Of a stretch of DNA of 38,486 nucleotides, positions 11,115 through 18,405 are shown piece after piece (position 1 is the stretch's first letter; every line of letters begins with the position of its first letter). This DNA is from Rickettsiaceae bacterium. GTDB taxonomy: Bacteria; Pseudomonadota; Alphaproteobacteria; Rickettsiales; Rickettsiaceae. Under the pieces are notes generated by a model. It did not search any database, was not told the DNA's origin, and saw only the letters and a program-made list of their open reading frames with translations. The position numbers and the translations under genes are program-made. The DNA lies in contig JAIOYM010000001.1 of assembly GCA_021741085.1 (NCBI GenBank), positions 1 through 38,486 of the forward strand, in the 5' to 3' direction.

Positions 11115-12914
11115 ATGTCATTATCACATATAAGAAATTTTTCTATCATCGCTCACATTGATCATGGAAAATCTACATTAGCAGACTGCCTTATAAGAAT
11201 ATGCGGCGGTTTGCAGGAAAGAGAAATGTCTGCGCAAGTTCTAGACTCTATGGATATAGAAAAAGAGCGTGGCATTACAATAAAGGCTCAAACAGTAAGG
11301 TTGCTTTATAAAGCCAAAGACTCGCAAACATATCAACTGAATTTAATCGACACTCCAGGGCACGTTGACTTTGCATACGAAGTAAGTAGATCTTTATCTG
11401 CATGCGAAGGATCGCTTTTAGTAGTGGATTCAACACAAGGAGTTGAAGCTCAAACTTTAGCAAATGTTTACCAAGCTATAGAGAATAATCACGAAATTAT
11501 ACCAGTATTAAACAAAATAGATTTGCCCGCAGCGGAAGTTGAAGCTACAAAAGATCAAATAGAAAATGTTATAGGCATTGATGCAAGTGAATCAGTATTA
11601 ATTTCAGCTAAAAATGGTATAGGTATACAAGATGTTTTGGAAGCTATTGTAACAAAACTACCAGCTCCGGTAGGTGATAATACAAAACCTCTAAAAGCAT
11701 TATTAATAGATAGTTGGTATGACCAATATTTAGGTGTTGTTATATTGGTAAGGGTTATTGATGGTGAAATTAAAGCAGGTATGCAAATACGTTTTATGGC
11801 AGCCATGGCTAATTACGAAGTAGAAAATGTTGGTTTTTTTACACCTAAAAAACACTCAACTCAATCTCTGAAAGCTGGTGAAATAGGTTTTATTATAGCT
11901 AATATAAAACAAGTAGCTGATTGTAAAGTTGGCGATACGATAACTGAAACAAAAAAACAGTGCGACAAGGCACTACCAGGATTTAAACCTAATTTGCCTG
12001 TAGTATTTTGTGGGCTCTACCCTACTGACGCTTCGCAGTTTGAAAAACTTAAAGATTCTTTAGCCAAACTTCGTTTAAATGACGCTAGTTTTGAATTTGA
12101 GGCTGAAAGTTCTACCGCTTTAGGTTTTGGTTTTAGATGTGGATTTTTAGGGTTACTGCATCTAGAAATCATTCAAGAAAGATTAGAGCGCGAATTTGAA
12201 TTAGATTTAATTACTACAGCACCTAGTGTTATTTATCATGTATATCCCAAAAACGGAGAAAGGCTTGACATACACAACCCAGCCGATTTACCAGACGTTA
12301 CCAAAATTGATCATATAGACGAACCTTGGGTAAAGGCTACTATTATGTTGCCCGATACTTATTTGGGTAACGTATTAAGCTTGTGCACAGAAAAACGTGG
12401 AAGACAGATAGAACTTACCTATTTAGGATCACGTGTTATGGTGATCTATCATTTACCATTAAATGAGATCGTTTTTGATTTTTATGATAAACTAAAATCT
12501 TGTTCCAAAGGCTATGCAAGTTTTGACTGGCATATTGACACCTATGAAGAAAGTGATCTGGTTAGACTGAACATTTTGGTGAATGGTAATGCGGTAGACG
12601 CTTTATCATTGATGCTACACAGATCAAGAGCTGAATCAAGAGGTAGAGAATTATGTGTTAGATTAAAAGATCTAATACCCCAACAATTATTCCAAATAGC
12701 TGTACAAGCAAGTATTGGTAGTAAAATTATAGCTAGGGAAACAGTTAAAGCTTTACGTAAAGATGTACTGGCAAAATGTTATGGTGGTGATATCACTAGA
12801 AAAAGAAAATTATTAGAGAAGCAAAAAGCTGGTAAAAAACGTATGCGTATGGTAGGAGATGTTGAAATACCACAATCAGCATTTATAAAGGTTTTAAGGC
12901 TAGATAACAGCTAA
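11115..12914 (+). CDS. lepA: Translation elongation factor 4 (LepA), ~599 aa from the ATG at 11115
   Basis: GTPase motifs [22 protein letters not shown] and NKIDLP are present, together with the LepA-specific C-terminal region ([25 protein letters not shown]). The track start at 11055 is a TTG that adds 20 non-conserved residues. The conserved N-terminus begins at [14 protein letters not shown]. Confidence 0.95.
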   Translation: MSLSHIRNFSIIAHIDHGKSTLADCLIRICGGLQEREMSAQVLDSMDIEKERGITIKAQTVRLLYKAKDSQTYQLNLIDTPGHVDFAYEVSRSLSACEGSLLVVDSTQGVEAQTLANVYQAIENNHEIIPVLNKIDLPAAEVEATKDQIENVIGIDASESVLISAKNGIGIQDVLEAIVTKLPAPVGDNTKPLKALLIDSWYDQYLGVVILVRVIDGEIKAGMQIRFMAAMANYEVENVGFFTPKKHSTQSLKAGEIGFIIANIKQVADCKVGDTITETKKQCDKALPGFKPNLPVVFCGLYPTDASQFEKLKDSLAKLRLNDASFEFEAESSTALGFGFRCGFLGLLHLEIIQERLEREFELDLITTAPSVIYHVYPKNGERLDIHNPADLPDVTKIDHIDEPWVKATIMLPDTYLGNVLSLCTEKRGRQIELTYLGSRVMVIYHLPLNEIVFDFYDKLKSCSKGYASFDWHIDTYEESDLVRLNILVNGNAVDALSLMLHRSRAESRGRELCVRLKDLIPQQLFQIAVQASIGSKIIARETVKALRKDVLAKCYGGDITRKRKLLEKQKAGKKRMRMVGDVEIPQSAFIKVLRLDNS

Positions 12915-12925
12915 ATAAATATATA

Positions 12926-13645
12926 TTGATGCAAAAAATAGAGCAGAAATCTGATTTATCGAAATTACAAACTAACATAGGCTATGAATTTTCAAACTCA
13001 CAGCTTCTAGAACTTGCATTAATGCATCCATCTTTAAAGGCAAAGCCAAAATATACGCAAAGTTATGAACGTCTTGAATTTTTGGGTGATAGTTTGCTGA
13101 ATTTTATCATATCAGAAAAATTATTCACAGATTTTGGAAATTACTCAGAAGGCAAATTATCTAAACTACGTATGGCATTGGTTTGCAAAGAAACTTTGTA
13201 TAAGGTTGCCAAAGATATCCAACTATCAGAGTTTTTACTATTAGATATTGGAGAGGAAATGATGGGCGGTAGAAGTAATCCAAAAAATCTTGAAAATGCT
13301 ATGGAAGCTCTTATAGCTGCTGTATATTTGGATAGCAAACTTGACTATGGTGTAAGCAAAATTACTGAAATAATATTAAAATTATGGGACAAATATTTAA
13401 CCCAAGATATTAGTATTGAAACGGATCCCAAAACCGTATTACAAGAATTTACTCATAAGCATTTTTCAACTACGCCTAAATACACACTTACTGAATCCTA
13501 CGGTCCAGCGCATGATTTGAATTTTAAAGTTATATTGGAGCTTAAAGGTCAAGAGCCTTGCGAAGCTATAGGGAAAAATAAGAAGTCAGCTGAAAAAGCA
13601 GCAGCACTAGCTATGTTAAAAAAATTAAAATTACTACCCCAATAA
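12926..13645 (+). CDS. rnc: Ribonuclease III
   Basis: It carries the RNase III signature ERLEFLGDSLLNF and a C-terminal dsRNA-binding domain (GPAHDLNFKV...GKNKKSAEKAAALAML). The start is either the TTG at 12926 or the adjacent ATG at 12929. Confidence 0.93.
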   Translation: MMQKIEQKSDLSKLQTNIGYEFSNSQLLELALMHPSLKAKPKYTQSYERLEFLGDSLLNFIISEKLFTDFGNYSEGKLSKLRMALVCKETLYKVAKDIQLSEFLLLDIGEEMMGGRSNPKNLENAMEALIAAVYLDSKLDYGVSKITEIILKLWDKYLTQDISIETDPKTVLQEFTHKHFSTTPKYTLTESYGPAHDLNFKVILELKGQEPCEAIGKNKKSAEKAAALAMLKKLKLLPQ

Positions 13646-13653
13646 AAAGCTAT

Positions 13654-14664
13654 ATGGTCAAAATTTCAGTTAATGATAGGTTATATTTATCTTGGCTATA
13701 TGGGTCTTTGATATTTATATTTACCACTATTATAATAGGTGGACTGACTAGACTCACTCAATCTGGACTTTCAATGACAGAGTGGCAGCTACTTAACATC
13801 CTGCCTCCTATTAGTTATCAAGAATGGATGATAGAATTTAACAAATATAAAACTTCTCCAGAATTCCTAATCATAAACAACTCCATGTCTTTGGATGAAT
13901 TTAAACAGATTTTTTGGCTTGAATATATACACAGAATAATCGCAAGACTTGTTGGGCTTGTGATAATAATACCCTGCTGGTATTTCTATTTCAAAGGCAA
14001 ATTTAAAAATATTTTTCAACCTATTTTATATAGTTTATTAGTCATAGCCCAGGGAGTTATAGGTTGGTATATGGTAAAAAGTGGATTAAAAAACGATCCC
14101 CATGTCAGCCATTACAGACTTGCTATTCATTTGCTGGGAGCTACAACATTATACTCTTTAATAATATGGAATTTGTTTGATAGTTTTAAATTGAGCCCTT
14201 CTAAAATAACCTCTCTAAATTCATTGAAAAATTTACTTATAGTATTTTCAAGCCTGATGTTTTGGCAAATATTTCTAGGTGCTTTTGTCGCTGGTCTCAA
14301 AGGTGGACTTGTATATAATAGTTTTCCTTTGATGAACGGATATGTAATACCGCCAGAGATCACAGAATTAGACTTTGCTACTATTTTCAATGACGCAGTG
14401 GGAGTGCAGTTTTTACATAGAATTACTGCTTATATAATATCTTTACTTGCTATAATTATTATTATACGATTATTGAACAAAAAAGAATATATGCTAGCCT
14501 TAATGCTATTTAGCCTGGTTTTTGCACAGATGCTTTTGGGTGTGTTAACCTTATTGTCTTTCATCTCTTTAGATTATGCAATATTACACCAGGGAGTTAG
14601 TATTTTACTGTTAAGCCTAGTTTTAATGTTAACAAAATTTTCTATCAATCAACAACCGCATTAG
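13654..14664 (+). CDS. ctaA: Heme A synthase (Cox15/CtaA family)
   Basis: A polytopic membrane protein of 336 aa with the paired conserved histidines of Cox15/CtaA (EYIHRIIARL, AIHLLGAT, QFLHRITAY, ILHQGVS). The N-terminus GGLTRLTQSGLSMTEW is typical of the family. Confidence 0.9.
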   Translation: MVKISVNDRLYLSWLYGSLIFIFTTIIIGGLTRLTQSGLSMTEWQLLNILPPISYQEWMIEFNKYKTSPEFLIINNSMSLDEFKQIFWLEYIHRIIARLVGLVIIIPCWYFYFKGKFKNIFQPILYSLLVIAQGVIGWYMVKSGLKNDPHVSHYRLAIHLLGATTLYSLIIWNLFDSFKLSPSKITSLNSLKNLLIVFSSLMFWQIFLGAFVAGLKGGLVYNSFPLMNGYVIPPEITELDFATIFNDAVGVQFLHRITAYIISLLAIIIIIRLLNKKEYMLALMLFSLVFAQMLLGVLTLLSFISLDYAILHQGVSILLLSLVLMLTKFSINQQPH

Positions 14665-14670
14665 AAATAT

Positions 14671-15321
14671 ATGACTGATTCGATTGCAAAACTTATACAA
14701 AATCATCTGCTTTTTAAAAAAGAATTTTTTCAAGAAGATACCGAAAAAAAGAAATTATTTGAAGAATTATCAAAAGGGCAGAATCCAGAAATATGCGTTA
14801 TAGCATGCTCTGATTCAAGAGTTGACCCAGCAATTATCACCAATAGCAAACCAGGAGAATTATTTGTTATTAGAAATGTAGCGAATATAGTTCCACCTTG
14901 TGAATATGGTGATAATGGATATCACGGCACTAGTGCTGCTATAGAATTCGCGGTCAGCTTTTTGAAAGTAAAACATATTATAATTTTAGGTCATACTGAA
15001 TGCGGTGGAATAGCCTCTCTTTTTAATGATGAAGATAAATATAAAAATAAACAAAACTTCATAGACAAATGGATGGCTGTAGCTAAAGAAAGTAAGTTTA
15101 AAATAATGCACGATCATATAAATGACCCGACAGAGCATAAGACAAAAATGTGCATGCAGATGTCTATATTAAATTCTTTATCTAATTTATTGACCTTTCC
15201 TTTCATAAAAGATGCTGTAGATAGGGGGGATTTAGATATACATTGCTGGTATTTCGACTTGCAGGATGGTTCAATATATCAGCTAGACAAAAAAAATAAT
15301 GTATTTTCAGTATTATCTTAA
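14671..15321 (+). CDS. Beta-class carbonic anhydrase
   Basis: The zinc-ligand motifs CSDSRVDP and GHTECGG are present. At 216 aa the size is typical of the class. Confidence 0.88.
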   Translation: MTDSIAKLIQNHLLFKKEFFQEDTEKKKLFEELSKGQNPEICVIACSDSRVDPAIITNSKPGELFVIRNVANIVPPCEYGDNGYHGTSAAIEFAVSFLKVKHIIILGHTECGGIASLFNDEDKYKNKQNFIDKWMAVAKESKFKIMHDHINDPTEHKTKMCMQMSILNSLSNLLTFPFIKDAVDRGDLDIHCWYFDLQDGSIYQLDKKNNVFSVLS

Positions 15322-15338
15322 AAGCTTTATAACTCTAG

Positions 15339-16949
15339 TTATTTAAAACCATCATCACAAAAACTCTTCGTAGAATAATTAGAGTATAGATCTTGATCTA
15401 AATTTAGATTTAATTTATCAAACTCATCATAACTAGCCTCTTTAAATCTTTTATTTGAAAGACTTATACTATCTATCTTAGTAGCTTTGGTTTCTTGTTC
15501 AAGTTTATCTAAAGCATCAAAAAAATAAATTTCATGAGAATATAATTTTTCATTATAGCTATTTAAAATTTTTGTATTTTCACAAAGTTTTTGGTGTTTT
15601 TGTAAATTACTATCTAACAAATCATTCAAACGTTTGCCTAATACAATTTTGTTAGAACCTAATGTATTCTCCTTAATTGCTGTTGGCAATTTATTAAAAA
15701 TTACTGCTATAACTTTTTTAATATACTCCGGGCAATGTTTTTTATTAGACGAATCGATCGTAGATAAAACCTCCCAATGCACTTTAGCATCTTGAATATG
15801 TCGCATATTACTTATAAAGCTCCAGTTTCCAGTTTTAAAAGCTACATCTAAAGGAGTGTAACCCTCAAGATTTTCAGCATTAACATCTACGGCAGTGGTT
15901 TGAAAAAAATTATTGTCCGGCAAGGGTTTTTTATAATTTTGTAATGCTAATATATGTAGAACATTATTTCCCGTTTCTTCGTCTTGAGTAGCCAAATTTA
16001 TTTTGTTGCTAACTAACAATTGTAAAACATCTTTCCTATCTGCAAAAAATAATTTTGCAAGGCTGCAACCGTCAATAGCTTCAATCTTATTTGCAATATT
16101 TGCTATTGTTTTTTCATGTAAAATCTCAATATATTTTTGTAATATCGATTGTCCGTTAAACCGCTGTTGGCTATAATATTCTCCGCTAAATCTTTTTGAG
16201 GAGACGGTTATATTTTCAATATTATCTATAAGATATTTAACAAAAGAGCTATTGTTAGCCTCTATAGCTACTTCTATCACATCTTTATCATTGCTATCTT
16301 TTTGTTTTAGAATATAACTTATATTAAAATCTTGATGGCCTTGTATAATAAGATCAAAAAGTGGCTTTAAGATAGATTTATGATATATATTTTTACTAGA
16401 CTCTATAGCGGCAATTTGCAAAGGTGTTTGATTATGATTATTTTTTGTCATGTAAGCTGGAAAAGTATAAAAATTTGGTCCGAATAAAACATATAAAGCA
16501 TCGGCCATATAAGTCATTTTTTCCTTAGCGCTAATATTAGAATATTGTTGTGATAAAACTACTTTTATCAAATGATGTACTAAATTATTACCTTCGTTAT
16601 CTTTCCATAAATGACTTTTTGTGTGTAAAAATTTTTCAACCAAACGTGTATCATAAATATGATATTTTAAAGCTATAAGGTTAAATGTATAGATGTTACC
16701 GAGTATGAGGGTAAAACTAATTCCGTCTTCGGGGGTAAAAAATTCTGCATTAGAGTTTAAATAAATATTATTTATTTTTTCCTTTAACTCCTGGCTAAAA
16801 ATAAAATCATCACTAGATGTTGATTGCTCTTGCTTTCGCTTGGCCTTTTGGTTTAATAATTGAGTTTCTTGAATAAAATTTTCTTTTTCGCTCTCAGAGG
16901 AGTCTTCAAGATTCTTTTCTTCTTGCTTCCTATCAAAAGAAAAATTCAT
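15339..16949 (-). CDS. Ankyrin-repeat-containing protein (536 aa), candidate secreted effector
   Basis: Divergent ANK-like units are present: GNNLVHHLIKVVL, NQTPLQIAAIESSKN, DKDVIEVAIEANNSSFVKYLIDN, TGNNVLHILALQN, and NLEGYTPLDVAFKTGNWSFISNM. It has no signal peptide, and its N-terminus is acidic and Lys-rich. Confidence 0.7.
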   Translation of the reverse strand: MNFSFDRKQEEKNLEDSSESEKENFIQETQLLNQKAKRKQEQSTSSDDFIFSQELKEKINNIYLNSNAEFFTPEDGISFTLILGNIYTFNLIALKYHIYDTRLVEKFLHTKSHLWKDNEGNNLVHHLIKVVLSQQYSNISAKEKMTYMADALYVLFGPNFYTFPAYMTKNNHNQTPLQIAAIESSKNIYHKSILKPLFDLIIQGHQDFNISYILKQKDSNDKDVIEVAIEANNSSFVKYLIDNIENITVSSKRFSGEYYSQQRFNGQSILQKYIEILHEKTIANIANKIEAIDGCSLAKLFFADRKDVLQLLVSNKINLATQDEETGNNVLHILALQNYKKPLPDNNFFQTTAVDVNAENLEGYTPLDVAFKTGNWSFISNMRHIQDAKVHWEVLSTIDSSNKKHCPEYIKKVIAVIFNKLPTAIKENTLGSNKIVLGKRLNDLLDSNLQKHQKLCENTKILNSYNEKLYSHEIYFFDALDKLEQETKATKIDSISLSNKRFKEASYDEFDKLNLNLDQDLYSNYSTKSFCDDGFK

Positions 16950-17242
16950 ATAACAAAGATTTATAAATTAGCAACTAAACAACAACCCGAAATAATCTTA
17001 AGTATAAATCATATTGGGTTATTATTAAATATAATTTTTAATCTGGAGTTGATTTTTTATGCCTGAAATATTATTAGCCTTACTTTATTGGGCAAAAAGT
17101 TTATGCAACATGCCAAAAAAGACTCAGTATATGGCTGTAAAATCTAAAGAACTAATAAAAACTGCGGAATTTTTTGATAGATATTTTAAGGAATATGTGT
17201 GTGTTTACTTGCTACCAGTTTAATTGTTCCTGATAGCAACAT

Positions 17243-17267
17243 AAAAACCCACTAAAAGAACAGTGGG
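17243..17267 (-). terminator. Candidate intrinsic terminator downstream of the 201-aa ORF
   Basis: The minus strand reads CCCACT-gttctttt-AGTGGG followed by TTTTT. On the plus strand the arms are cccact at 17248-17253 and agtggg at 17262-17267, with aaaaa at 17243-17247. It starts 16 nt after the ORF stop. Confidence 0.4.
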
Positions 17268-17282
17268 GTAAGAATTTTATTA

Positions 17283-17888
17283 TTAATAGTCTTCGTTGAG
17301 CTCTAAAGTATATTTACCTAAAGATTTTACTTTATATTTATCATCTTGGTAAAAGATTTTGTTAATCATCTTGTCCATATCTTCATCCGAGTTGCTGATA
17401 TTCTCCACGTATTGATTGTATACAGCTGTAGTAGATACTTTATCAAAGTTGGGGGTAGTGTCGTTGAAGTTGATGTTTTTCAATCTGATCTCATATAAGA
17501 ATTTTTCCATGGCTTCTTCTGGAATAGATTTGAAGTCTATGTTTTGAAACATCTCTTTAAAGACTCCTTCCATCCATTCTTCTTGCGTAAGTTTGTTATT
17601 TTCACCACTGTTGTTGTAAATAAATTCGTTAATTTCCTCGTTCTCCTTTATTTCGTTTTCTTTTTGCGTAAGTTCCTTATTCACAACCGTTTGATCATCT
17701 TTAGTAGTTGTTTTATAGTTTTTTCTGTACACCTCTTCTGCCTGTTTTTCCGTAATTAGCACTTTACCATTGAGTTGAGTAGTTATTTTACAGAATTTTT
17801 TATACGCATCTTTTAGCTCTTGTTCCGTAAGTTCCACTGTTTGACGATCGTCTTGTTTTTGATTGTATTCAGGTTTAGATTTCTTCAT
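17283..17888 (-). CDS. Hypothetical acidic protein (201 aa)
   Basis: An uninterrupted ORF in an otherwise non-coding gap, followed by a terminator-like hairpin. It is E/K/N/D-rich, with no signal peptide, no transmembrane segment and no motif I recognise. Confidence 0.5.
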   Translation of the reverse strand: MKKSKPEYNQKQDDRQTVELTEQELKDAYKKFCKITTQLNGKVLITEKQAEEVYRKNYKTTTKDDQTVVNKELTQKENEIKENEEINEFIYNNSGENNKLTQEEWMEGVFKEMFQNIDFKSIPEEAMEKFLYEIRLKNINFNDTTPNFDKVSTTAVYNQYVENISNSDEDMDKMINKIFYQDDKYKVKSLGKYTLELNEDY

Positions 17889-18090
17889 AAAAAAATGATA
17901 CTTAATAATTTATTAATAACTAAATAATATCTTAGATATTAAAGGGAAAATGTCAAGATTTTTTATTAGCTCGAGAGAGTTTTTCTTTTTCTTTTTTACT
18001 AGGATTGCTTGAATGCCTCAAAAGTTATAGAGTTGTGCACGTCACGCTCTTTGCTCACGTCAAATGGTAGCGTGCAATTATAATGAAAAG

Positions 18091-18375
18091 AAGCAACAAC
18101 CCCTAGAGGTAATGTGGTAGCATCATTGCGAGCTTGCAAAGCGTGGCAATCCAGCCATTCTAATACAGAAGCAACAACATCCTCTAGCGGTAATGTGGTA
18201 GCATCATTGCGAGCTTGCAAAGCGTGGCAATCCAGGACAAACAACTCCTTCCATACAATTTTTAAAAGAAGTTAATAACTGGATCACCACGCTAGTGCTT
18301 GTAGGCACTAGCTCGTGATGACACGAATTCTATGACTGTTAGGCAATCCAGCCCCGTTTAATTCAGAAGAAGCAC
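18091..18375 (+). repeat. RPE-like palindromic element locus: one half-element (18091-18177) plus one full hairpin element (18178-18375; stem arms 18204-18321)
   Basis: The left arm tcattgcgagcttgcaaagcgtggcaatccag occurs twice. The second copy is followed by the loop gacaaacaactccttccatacaatttttaaaagaagttaataa and the right arm ctggatcaccacgctagtgcttgtaggcactagctcgtgatga. It is near-identical to the units at 21.9-22.8 kb and in the same orientation. Confidence 0.85.
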
Positions 18376-18405
18376 CCAAACTACCTCATTATCCAATCTT
18401 CTTCT

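Noticed and set aside
17999-18244. An 81-aa ORF on the minus strand, which contains an internal duplication (CHALQARNDATTLPL twice).
   Set aside because: It lies entirely within the two tandem left-arm repeat copies. The duplication simply mirrors the DNA repeat, and the frame is kept open by the GC-richer repeat sequence. The same reasoning applies to the 92-aa ORF at 21859-22137.
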